Positions 13,723 to 25,697 of a DNA stretch of 64,000 nt are shown one piece after another. The translations under genes were made by a program, and so were the position numbers. Source of the DNA: Catajapyx aquilonaris (taxonomy: Eukaryota); assembly GCA_000934665.2 (NCBI GenBank), contig JYFJ02002583.1, positions 1 to 64,000 of the forward strand, in the 5' to 3' direction. Each line of letters starts with the position of its first letter. The stretch's first letter is position 1. The notes beneath the pieces are model-generated. The model saw only the letters and a list, made by a program, of their open reading frames with translations. It made no database searches and had not been told where the DNA came from.

Positions 13723-15829
13723 ATGAAGGGAAACCGCCCACTTCAAGAAATTGTATCTTTCCCACCTGGAACAGTTCAGGAAGAGGTATTGGCTGAGTTT
13801 ATGGACAAGGCGTGAAAAGAAATTAATCTCGTGCTCTTTGGTCGTTTTCAGTATTTGATAGAATTCGGCGATAAGAAAGGCGCTCTGAATATGGGAGCAT
13901 GCAAAGGTCAACCGAACTTTGATGGAAATCCTCGTGTAGATTATTACAAAGAATCTGATGGCCTCAGTTCTCTTCATTTGGCAGTGAAAGGGAGGCAAAT
14001 GGAGGTGTCCAAATTACTGCTGGACTCCGGAGCAGATCCTAATGGTAGAGACAAACGAGGAAGAAGTCCTTTACACATCGCTGTACTCGAAGACGATGGT
14101 GGTATTGTCAGCATCCTGTTGGAACATGGAGCAAAGGTCAGTTTGATGCGGATGCCGTGATAACAGCTATACTGCACGGTGCACCTTTTTGCAGGTTGAT
14201 GCTAGAGATGAAGAAGGAGGCACTCCCTTGCACTATGCCAAATCTGAGCAAATGGTATGCCTCCTGGTAAAGAAAGGAGCCTGCTTGTGGACTAAGAACA
14301 CCCACCAGATGGCACCCATCACCACAATACCTCTGGAAGTATTCACGACATGCTTGGACAGCTGCATTACAAAAGCAAAGTGCAGCAAATTTATCTACAT
14401 AGATTTCAGCATTCTGAATGCTGGAGATGAGCGTGGGGATGAATGGAAGCACCTGGGTGCTATGGTTGAAGCTTCTGGAAACAAAATTCTCCTTAATCAT
14501 CCCCTGATTTCGACATTTCTGCTGATCAAATGGGGTCGGGTTTTGCCTTTCTTCGTGGCCCTGTTCCTTCTGAATCTGACATATGTCATCTCCTTTACTT
14601 GCTACGCTGTGGCAATGATCCCGAGTGACGTTTGCCATGCAAATTGCACCAAAACCATTACAGAGCCCCATCCGGTGACTCGGTACGCATTCTTTGCAAT
14701 GTTGGGCATTTCATTGACCGTTGAAGCAGGCCAGATGATGGGCAGCAGCAAATTTCTGGAACACTTTCTCAATCCAGGAGTTGTTTTCGGAATCTTTATA
14801 AAAGTTTTGGCTGCTTGTTCTTCATGTACTGTAGTCCCTGAAGATGTCAGGAAAGGACTTGCCATCATCAGTTTGTCTCTTTCCTGGCTTAACATGGGCT
14901 GGATGTTTGGCGGCTTCCCAATGTTTCACAAATACATAGCCATGTTTACTACCGTTTGTTTGAATTACGTCAGCTTCTTCGTGCCCTTCACGTTTCCCCT
15001 GTTTGGCTTCTTGCTCTCATTTTATCTGTCATACAACTGGAGTAACGAGGATAATTCACGTTGGTACCAAGGACTGTACCAGGAGTTCCCACTGGCTTCG
15101 TTGAAAACATTCGTAATGATGCACGGCAGTGTTGATTTGGTGGACCTTCCATTTGGTCAGTTCACTCCGTACACGTTACTGCTGATGATGCTGTTTCAGT
15201 TTTTTGTGACAGTGGTGATCATGAACTTGCTAAATGCCATGGCAGTCAGTGACACCAAGGCCATTGCCAACGAAGCGGAGATTATGGGATTGCGAGCCTC
15301 TGCCATGTACATCAGTCGGATGGAGAATTTTCTCCAGAGAATTGGACCACGTTCATCTAGTCCCCTGTGAGTTTATCTAGCCATGTCATTTTTTAATTAA
15401 AATAAAAGTGGCTAATATTTCCGACTAAAAAGTTAATCGAAGCCATATCTTTTCAGGTTCCCAGCCTGGAAGCGCTTCGTAGACAATAACCATTTGTTTT
15501 CCACTCTTCCAAATGGTCAATTGACCATATTCGTGGAGGACGGGCGGGCTTATTCCACGCAGCAGCAATCAGTTACCCGTTTCCCCAAGGAAGTCGTGGA
15601 TACATTAATGGCTGCGGCCACATATCGAGAATCGACCGAAGTGCCGTCGACCCCTCCACTTCCTACGTCATGCCTTCAGGACGATGAAAATGATCATTTG
15701 CATAAGCTAGTTATAGCCGAATTAAAACATCTGAAACTCAGTCAGGCCACATTGCAGAAGCAGGTGGATAGAATTTACACACTCGTAAAGGATATGCCCT
15801 GGCAGAGGTCAACCAAGTACCGAGAGTAA
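13723..15829 (+). CDS. TRPA-subfamily cation channel 1 (pyrexia/painless/water witch-like), ~630 aa; exons 13723-13785 (tentative), 13852-14136, 14195-15366, 15457-15829
   Basis: Ankyrin repeats (LSSLHLAV, RSPLHIAV, GTPLHYAK); LLNHPLISTFLLIKW pre-S1; hydrophobic TM segments; SLKTFVMMHG pore helix; MNLLNAMAVSD in S6; C-terminal coiled-coil-like segment; splice phases compatible. Confidence 0.85.
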
Positions 15830-16159
15830 CACTTTTGCACTGCTTTACTTACAGTACACGCATGTGATCAATTCGTTCTAATATTAGGATAGTAAGGGCG
15901 GGCAATTTCACAAATTGAATGCATTCAATGTGGGAGCGAACCGTTTGTGCAATTTTCCCGCACGTGACGTCATGCGAGCCCAATGTGCGATGTCAGTTTG
16001 TGACCATCGATCTTCTGGAAACACTGTTGGGTCAGTTGGCCACGCCAGCCTTTTAGGCTCGCATGCCTTCATGCCACACTCCGGGAAGATTGACGTCCGC
16101 CACAACCAGCACCACTACTTCATTATCCAAGAGGGTCATCACCAGTACGGCTGTCCAGA

Positions 16160-18819
16160 ATGCGTTGCCGAATGTTCTCATGGTGTCAACGAGACAAGAA
16201 GGTGTTGCCTCTCATCACTGTGACTGATTGCAGCGACTTCATTGACAGCGGATACCGGAATTTGTCATCTTCAGAGGTACAGGACACTTTTCTCATAAAT
16301 GTGGACATTGTTACCCGCCTTTATTGTCGCGATATTTTTAATATAATGATTAGTGCTATGAGGCGTTTGCGTGCCTCAAGGGACCCCAGGCATCGATCTG
16401 TATAGGCCTATACGCATAGAAGGCCACACAATTCAATCCTCATAGATAATTTATACCCGTGGTACCGGTTCTATGCAATTTCGCATGCCCATCAATGACT
16501 ATAACTGACTGAAATTCAATTTTTAATTTGAAGATTAGTAACCATCCAAATTCATCATGCTTCTATTCTAGGAATTACGTTAGTCTTATTCCTTAGGGTA
16601 TAAAACCTATCGTGCGAACCTTGGAGTGACCTCGAATGCATTTCCGTGCAATTTTTCAGGGCAAGAAACTGGACGAGAATCAGCTGGAACTGTTTGATGC
16701 GACCAAAGAAGGTAAGTTGGACGCTGTCCGACAGATTCTGGACCAGGGAGTTGACCTGGACGGCTGTGTGAACGACCTCAACCAGAACCCCATCCAGGTG
16801 GCAGCCTCTATGGGACACTTGGAGGTACTCCACTTGCTGCTTCTGCACCACACCTGGTCACCACTCCAGATCAACAAAGCTTTTCTTTCGGCCGCCAGTC
16901 GCTCCCAGTGGACCACCGTGTTGCACCTGATTGACCACACCGAAGAGGCAGACTTCAACGCCGAGAACTCCTTCGGCATCACGGTGTTCCAGATGTCCCT
17001 AGCTGACAACGCTGACCAGATCACCACGAAGATGATGATGCGAGAATTTGGCGGACCGGACCTGGACCATCGCGACGACCTGGGACGATCAGCGGTACAT
17101 TTCGCAGCCATGAACCGCGATCCAAAGTTCGTTGCATCCATGCTGGACAGTGGGTTTGATATTGAGGCCAGAGACGACTCCTGGAGGACGCCTCTTCATT
17201 ATGCGTCCAGATCTGGAGGGTCCAGGACAGCGATGGAAATTATGGGTCGGGGAGGTAACGTTTGGGCGAAGGATGTGACGGGTTTGAAGCCCATTGATGA
17301 CCTGATGCCGGAGACAATGTTTTCTTATCTGGATTCGCTGGTGGAAGTGAGTTCAGAATGCGGTCAGGTACAGGTCAAACTTGGGTTTCTAAGACCGGAA
17401 CTGGATGGGTCGGAGTGTGACCGCATCGCTTACCTTCTGCGGTCACCAGTGCACGCTCAGGTTCTGAGACATCCGGTGGTGGCTTCTTTTGTACACCTTA
17501 AGTGGAAGAAAATCAGGATTTTCTTCACCGTTAATTTTTTTATACATTTTGCATACGTCATTTTCACGTCAGCATATGTCGTGTCTGTTATTCCGTCTCT
17601 GGGTGCCAACAACACAACCGTCAATGCAAATGACGTGAGATCGGGACCTGAAATACTTCTGCACATTTCGCAATCGTTTTTGGTAATCACTATAGCACTT
17701 CAAATAATTATTTTGATTGCAAATTGTTCCAAGACTTCCGTAAGATTAGCCCTGGATTTGTTGGACTTGTCCTTAGGAACATTGGTTCTCTTCTTCGACA
17801 CCTGGCTTTTTCCGGATTGGAAACACGGTTTTTTACTGTTATGGCCAACAACTGCATGGCTGAATTTGGCTATGCTCACAGGGAGTTATCCTGCACTTGC
17901 TGAGATTGCAGTGGCTTTCAGTGGCCTCGTCTGGACATACTTCACCGTCCTCTTTCCTTTCGGATTCATCCTCCTTACCGGATGTGTGATGAGTTTCTTC
18001 CTGGCCCATCATGAAAAAAATCAGAGTGAAGTGTCCTTCTCTGAATCGGCCATCAGCACTTTGGTGATGTCAACCGGAAGGCATCTGGAACCTGTCATAG
18101 ACATTGCCAGGATCGTTCCATCCGGCATGAAGCCTTTTGCTATGATATTCGGACTAGGATTTATTTTCATAGTTGGATTGGTCTTCAGCAACCTCCTCAC
18201 TGCCTTGGCTGTTTGCCGCCTTCAAGAAAGTCCAAGGCAAGAGCATGGGTATTTTGTTCTGGCTGAATCCGTCTGTGCTTTTGACGCCTTCTGCACCGCA
18301 CCCACCAGGATGCAAAAGACTCTTAGCAGGTACCTTTGTCCATGTTATGATTCGGGACACAGTCATATGCAATGCCTTTGTTTCAGGTTCTGCGAATGTC
18401 ATGGGTACAACTTGGGATGCTGCTGTGACTTCTTCCCCTTCCGGTTCCTCCAATGGCTGCTGAAGAAGCTGCAGAGACACACAGGTGTGCTCCCTGATAA
18501 CAGGGTCGGATCCGAGGACGACGTCCTTCAGCTGAACTTACAAACCGGTGTAGCCAAGACGTCCATCTCGGCCTGTAAGCTTCCCCAAGACGTGATTTCA
18601 TCCTTCAGGAAGGTGCTGGGGAGGAAGGTGGAGGAACAGCGGGACTTGAAAATGGCAGCTACCATGGAGGAGCTGAAGAAAGGTCTGGTCAAAGTGGAGG
18701 AACTCAACCAGGAAGTAAAAAACAACGTGCGTTCTCTGGAACGTCAATTGGAAACCGCGATAAACCTGCTGAGAGACCAGGTGGTGGCTCTTGACACCAT
18801 CGACATACATGAGTGTTGA
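16160..18819 (+). CDS. TRPA-subfamily cation channel 2 (pyrexia/painless-like); probable exons 16160-16276 (tentative), 16660-18329, 18387-18819
   Basis: 727-aa ORF with ~6 ankyrin repeats; VLRHPVVASFVHLKW; TM segments; STLVMSTG pore helix; FSNLLTALAV in S6; C-terminal coiled coil. Confidence 0.85.
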
Positions 18820-21424
18820 TAAGGATCATTATTGGTTGGTAAGTGACTAAGTGCTCTTTCATGCCTTTCATGGTGATAGCGTGATGGAGTAGTTAGAGGT
18901 GGCGGCTTCAACCTTGACATTTTCTTGGGCATGAAAAAAAAAATTCACTTACTAGAAGCGATGCTTACTGAGAATAGTGACGACACTGATTACGTTACAC
19001 TACTATTTCTTAATGATTGTTACACTGTGCATGCCACTACTCTTATATATCAGTAGTTTCAGAGATTATCATAGAAGTCACACTAAACAGAAAATGTCGC
19101 TGTTAAAACTCAATATCGTTAGAAATTATACTAGCCTAGCATGTAATTAATTATTATTTCTTTCGCATATTAAATCGTTGCAGGTTTCATGCAGTGCAAG
19201 CAGTACATAAATTAATATTTAGATGCAGTAGTGGAGTAATGGACTACCACAGTGGTGCCAAATACTTGAGGCCAAAAGATTGCGTTCCAGAGGGTTACAC
19301 TAGACTTGAGGGAAAAATACAACAACAAAACAGAACAACCATAACACGACATGCTACGTACCTTGATATGGCGACACCAAGGATGAGATTGATCTCATAA
19401 GAAGGTGGCAGCAGAAATCGTCAAAATAGCATCACTGGCTGGGAGACATGCAGAGTGAGCTGTTGGTGACATTGGACAAATCACATCAAGTACAGAGGCT
19501 GTGTGCTGGAGTCGCATTCAACAAGGTATGTACACCATCTTCCATTCAGTTAGTTGCATTGTAATGGTTCAGTAGTTATAGTTCAGCAGTCACTTCTGTT
19601 TCCTAACCAATCAGCTTAAGAATATCATTGAAACAACAAATTGCAATCAAAGTGGATAATATTACTTATTATCAGGCTCGCTTCAGAAAAAATGGCTCTG
19701 GGAACAGAACTGCTTGCTGACGATTTAATAGCTGCGCAATCCGATGTCGAGTGAAGTAAACAGCAATAAAGAAGAAACCCTTGTGTAGGCCTACAATAAG
19801 TTTTTATTGCTAACACAAAGACACCAACTGATTTGAGACAAAATGCCAACAATGAATAATTCTATTGGCACAAAACATGGTAGTTGGATGATGTCCAGTT
19901 TGTACTTTTGAGTTGTCAATACAATGTCCAGCAACTAAAATTGGGTGCCAGGCCTTGAGTTTGTGCTGCACTTGTGTATCTGGAAGGATCAGATAAAGTG
20001 GCGATAATATTATTTTCTCGAATATATTTGCATCATTTTAATTAATATATTGAGTTCTGCAGATTGCTCATATAAAAGTGCTGCGTACAAATCAAGTATT
20101 ATTTTGCATGTGCTAACTATGGCCCATGCCCTGCATTGATTGTTCAAAATAATGGTAACATAATGCGAATTTGTGAGTGAGTTAACTTGTATACCTTAAT
20201 ACTTGTATCTGCCTGAAGTTATCGACTTTTTACAATATGATTTCAACTGAATCCAGGAAATTCCAATGGAGATAGTCAAAGGTTGCAGCAATAGATTCAA
20301 GTGTCATCCAAAACCTAGAAGTTTCTTATTTAGGCGAAATAACTGCTACTTGTAATTAGTTAAATTCAGTTAGCTCCACTGCTAGATACGCAAGAATATA
20401 TTAATGTTGAATACGTGGTCATATGGACAGTGCATAATCGCCTGCAATGTCATAATTTTTAAATATGCTATCATGTGTTGCAATAATTAGAATTATTATC
20501 AGCTAGCAGTATGTCTGAGGAATATTACAATAATGTTGAGCAAATTTACGGTTTGATGACTAAGCACCATTTCTATCTCTTTAATGTCATACATCTGGAA
20601 GAGATAAGGAGAAGACAGAAGAGCAGCTGTTATTTGCTGGTTAATTCCACAATTTGAGTTCATCATGTCTATATTTGCTGATCAAGGCTGGTTTTAAAAT
20701 ACAGTACTGATTAACAGTGATTCTCATACAGTTGATGCTCATAATTATATTCGCTACCACCACATTTTGATAAATGATAAATTATCGCATCAGTCTATTT
20801 TCACATGCTTTCAAATTTCTGTAATACGACTTGCAGATTAGGGATGTTTGAAGTCTGCTAATGTCATTATAAAAATTCCTACGACAAAACACTTGATTGT
20901 GTGGCAATGCAACCTATAATTAGTAGCTAATTCTTTTGATCACCACTATTTCATATAACTATGCAAAAGTGACTGCATGTAAGTGCTACAAAGAGGCAAT
21001 GAGCACACTCAATGATAGTCATGTGACTTATACTCATTACACCTTGCAGAATTATGATGATGCGTCTGATTTGGTCTCGGGACATCACCTGCCTGATTCT
21101 GCCAAACCAACATCCACTTTCGCCTCATCCAAATCAGCTCATGCAATTAAGTGATGTGAGGTGCTGTCATCATATTATCAGAAGCCTCATATCTTCTGTT
21201 GCTATCTTCACTATCCTGGCGGACCAGGTAAGCATTACACTTGTACCTTGTATGTTGGTCAGTACAATCATGGTAAAAAGAATGTCTCTTGATGCTAAAT
21301 TTTTTCTGTTGCAATTATGGCTGGGAAGTAAAGTCAAGGGGGTACTCTGGTACTCCGGTGTACACCTGCAGTGGTACTCTTTGGTACTCCTCGGTACTCC
21401 TTCGGTACTCCCAGGTACTCCTTG

Positions 21425-21479
21425 GAACCCGGGACCTTTCATATGCAAAGTGAACGCTCTACAACTGAGCTACACCCCC
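21425..21479 (-). pseudogene. tRNA-Ala(TGC)-derived pseudogene or SINE head, broken in the T-loop
   Basis: Minus strand GGGGGTGTAGCTCAGTTGTAGAGCGTTCACTTTGCATATGAAAGGTCCCGGGTTC resembles tRNA-Ala(UGC); no normal 3' half. Confidence 0.75.
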
Positions 21480-23289
21480 ACTTCGTAGGAGTTATTGCTT
21501 CATTACGAGGGGACCTATGACCATGTTCATAACACATTATATTGAACATAATTTAATCTAGGGTGACACCATTTCCAAATCTCCAAAAAGAAGGGCATAG
21601 ATGCTCTGTTTAGGCTGTGTACAATACACAATATTATACTAATAAATACGCATTTTTACTTCATCATAACCGAATCTACGATTTCATACCCTGTATTTAA
21701 TGTCACCGTCTCTATCATGTGAGTGATGGCCAATAGTTTCACATCTATCTGTTCTCTTCCTCAGATGCAGGACAGAGCTCCTGTTCACATAAACCGCCTG
21801 GAGGAGGAGCAAGAAATGCAGAGAAGAACGCTCGAAGGAATATTGCAGCACCATCACCGTCATACCTAGCAGAATCTACATCTATATGTGCGATTGTGCA
21901 GATTAACTTTTTTCATATAATGCGCGCCCATATCATTCTGGGGATCGGAAAAAACAAATACAAGCTTGCTAATAAAGACCCTTAATATATTATCCCTCAA
22001 TTAATTCTTCCTTGTTGAGATTCCAGGTCAATTACAAGTAATTACGGTGTACAGAGGGAGGTTGGCCAGGTCTTCAGGGAGGCAAGTACAGTATATTATT
22101 AAGGAAATTTAGAATCAAAAAGGCTTCAATTTTATAGCATGCGCTTTTGCCTCGAAACATTAAAATACGTTACTCAAGTATTAGTTCGAGTTAAACATTG
22201 GCCTGTATTACAGTACCTACTAGCTAATTACCCGCATATGCAGTAGATGTTTGTCATGTGTTGTTATTGATCTAGTGGCTAATATTGAGCAAATAATGGC
22301 AAAAAAAATTGAATCTAGAAAATGTGCGTCATACATGATTTTCAGACAACCCAGTTCACAACTGCATCAGATATACTATCAATCTCATTGAACCATTCAC
22401 AATCCTTAATTGTAACCTGGAACCTCCCATTAAATGTGCATAATAAATGTTTCAAACAGTCAGCATTATTATGTTTTAACTGATCCACGTTCATATTTTT
22501 AGATAACTTTTTTGACAATTTGTAGTCCTTCATTTTGTATATTCGTCAACGCGACAAGATTGTAGGTGAGCGCTTCCTGCACATATACTCGAGCATAGTT
22601 AGACTCTACCTTTTTCTTCATATTTCTTCATATCAATTTATTATTGGCTCTCGCAGCGATCGCGATCCACAAGTATTTTTTAAATAGAGCAGGATTTTAG
22701 CTATGACAAGTTTTAAGCGCTCTAAAGACAATGTGTATGCATGGTATACACGGCAAATTGTGTACTGCATTGTACTAACTAATGGCACATAATGCAGTAC
22801 ACAATGTGCATTTTTTAAAAAAAACCACAACGCTGATGTCTACCATGGTCCATGGATACACGTTGCATTTGAGAGAGTGCCCCTTGAAGTATCTGTTCGA
22901 GAGTAACATCTTGTAATGATGGTGGTGGCGTACTGCAGACGGAATAATTTGTGAACATACGCAGTTTCTTATCCTTTTTTGTTTTGTTTTTGACGAGTGT
23001 GAGAGTCGATGCTCTTCATGTGTGGGAATCTATTATTTTCTTTTAGTGGACATGTCCCTTTTTAGGCCTTCCGTAGCAGGTATAGGGTGGCCATTTCCAA
23101 ATCTTCAGAAAGAAGGACACAGCTGGTAGGTATATCGTATAATGCTTTATACAGTACTATGCATTGTGTGACCTCTGACCTCGGGCTCGGGTCATACCCT
23201 GGACCTGACTAGTTCAGTAACGCAGGTTCAGTTGGAGAAAAGATGTCAGTCTGGGCGAAAAGGGTGGAAGAAGTGGAGGGAAAACTGGA

Positions 23290-25697
23290 AATGCCGGGAA
23301 AATAATGGTTTCTGATAACATACAGTATAATGAATATACCTTTTTTACTTAATATAACTGAAACACAAATTGTACACATTCCGGTAGAAAATATACAAGG
23401 ATATACGTATATTATGAGAATTTATTTAACAAATGCCACTACATTGAGATTAATGGTATGTTGTGGCGCCCTTTCTTTACAATAAGTACATGTGAGAGAG
23501 AGCTTGAGTATATCGAGGTAAAGCAGTGGTCTAGGGGTTAAGACGCTCTCTTCGTAACCTGAAGGCTGAAGGATCGAATCCTGAAAGAAAGACGTCGTTT
23601 CTTTTTATCGCTTGGACCTTTCCCGCTGTTACTTTATCTCTAATTTCAAATTTATTTCTCTTTGAAGTGCATCTGGTAAATAGGCCAGACCCTTCCAACA
23701 CCCACAATTTCGTTGCATCAGAGTGTGGCCTAAGGTAGCGCGTCAGACTCTCAATCGGGAAATGCGGGTTCAAATCCCGAATCTCCACGGCTGAGAGTCA
23801 GGGAAAAAAATTTGCAGCCGCCATCTCTGGCCAAGATGGCGACTGTTTCTTCGCAGTTTCCCAAACACTCAGAGGTGTGAGAGGAGCAGCGAAGAGGGGG
23901 GGGGGATTTTTTTTGGAAATTATTAAGACACCTGCTTAATGGGAGGGGGCGGTCACTTTTTTCGAAGAAAAAAGTCAAAAAAATAAAAAAGTCATTAAAT
24001 TCATCAAGTGGCTTCGCTTGTGTTGTCCATCCCGGCAGCCCCCACCCTACGCACCCCATAGTGACTACATTTGTCTTATACCAGGGAGTTCCATTCTCAA
24101 ACCTAATAGCCCCCCAAATATTTAAGCCTAGAATTTAAACTATAGGTCCAATAAAATCACAAGCACATGCAAATGAATCGGCACAATTTTTAGGGCATAT
24201 TCAATGGTTTGTTGCAGGCTGACCTTTGACCTGAAAGGCCCTAGTATTAGGTTTTTGGTCTGGGGCCAGGCCCTACCTCGGTCTCCATCTGTCGGGTCTT
24301 TCGTAATGAGACTGTACATAGCACAGTACATAGATATACAGTATATCTCTCGATGTGAGCAAGTATGCCCCTAGCCTGCTAGCCAAATGTAGCAGTCCGC
24401 CTGTCCTTGTGGGTAGCGGGGCGGGGGTGGAAAGGGGGGAATATGTAAGGTGAAAGAGACAGGAAGGTGACCAAGCCTACACGAAAATTTACCTATGTAA
24501 AACAGCGTCGAACGATCTGCGCATCTCCACCCACAGCAGAAGCGGGTGGGGATTTATTATTTTATTAATCCATAGAGCAATGCCACGAAACAGTGATGTC
24601 GAATGTCCGTCCTGATGACCCCAAGAGGTGACCACTCGCCTACGTCACATTCACACTGATACCAGCCAACTGGGACTGCTACATTTGGCTAGGGGGATTC
24701 CGGTACTTGTTCACATCGAGAGATATACTGTATATCTATGTACTGTGCTATGTACAGTCTCATTACGAAAGACCCGACAGATGGAGACCGAGGTAGGGCC
24801 TGGCCCCAGACCAAAAACCGAATACTAGGGCCTTTCAGGTCAAAGGTCAGCCTGCAACAAACCATTGCTGAATATGCCCTAAAAATTGTGCCGATTCATT
24901 TGCATGTGCTTGTGATTTTATTGGACCTATAGTTTAAATTCTAGGCTTAAATATTTGGGGGGCTATTAGGTTTGAGAATGGAACTCCCTGGTATAAGACA
25001 AATGTAGTCACTACCCCTCTCCACCCCTCCCCCCCCCTCTTCGCTGCTCCTCTCACACCTCTGAGTGTTTGGGAAACTGCGAAGAAACAGTCGCCATCTT
25101 GGCCAGAGATGGCGGCTGCAAATTTTTTTCCCTGACTCTCAGCCGTGGAGATTCGGGATTTGAACCCGCATTTCCCGATTGAGAGTCTGACGCAACGAAA
25201 TTGTGGGTGTTGGAAGGGTCTGGCCTATTTACCAGATGCACTTCAAAGAGAAATAAATTTGAAATGAAAGATAAAGTAACAGCGAGAAAGGTCCATAGCG
25301 ATAAAAAGAAACAACGTCTTTCTTTCAGGATTCGATCCTTCAGCCTTCAGGTTACGAAGAGAGCGTCTTAACCCCTAGACCACTGCTCTACCCCGATACT
25401 GAAGCTCTCTCTCACATGTACTTATTGTAAAGAAAGGGCGCCACAAAATACCATTAATCTCAATGTAGTGTCATTTGTCAAATAAATTCTCATAATATAT
25501 GTCCTTGTACATTGTCTACGGGAATTTATACAATTCAATCACCATAAAATGTTTGATTTAGGTTACATTTTTAGCCTTATTAGTGTGTTAAGTATAATAT
25601 AATGTGGCACTCTGTGTGTTTCAGTTATATTAAGTAAAAAATGCATATTCATTATACTGTATGTAATTAGAAATAACCATTATTTCCCAGGCCATTC
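23290..25697. mobile_element. Outer long-inverted-repeat (foldback) element carrying tRNA-derived segments; arms ~23290-23905 and ~25030-25697
   Basis: Arms are reverse complements over ~600 bp with a few indels; Pol III A/B-box-like motifs at ~23527-23582 and ~23724-23779. Confidence 0.8.
24059..25013. mobile_element. Inner long-TIR MITE (TAG...CTA termini, possibly Academ-like) nested in the spacer of the outer foldback element
   Basis: TAGTGACTACATTTGTCTTATACCAGGG at both ends in inverted orientation; ~340-bp near-identical arms (24059-24398, 24672-25013); C-rich flanks. Confidence 0.75.

Noticed and set aside
13810..13851. Possible GC-AG intron in TRP gene 1
   Set aside because: Only 42 nt; an in-phase canonical GT donor at 13786 explains the junction
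23520..23790. Two possible tRNA genes (and mirror copies at ~25150-25385)
   Set aside because: A/B boxes are present but acceptor and anticodon stems do not pair properly; treated as tRNA-derived TE parts
24140..24932. Duplicated MYCAMYSLITKDPT ORFs on opposite strands
   Set aside because: Consequence of the inverted repeat; no coding evidence
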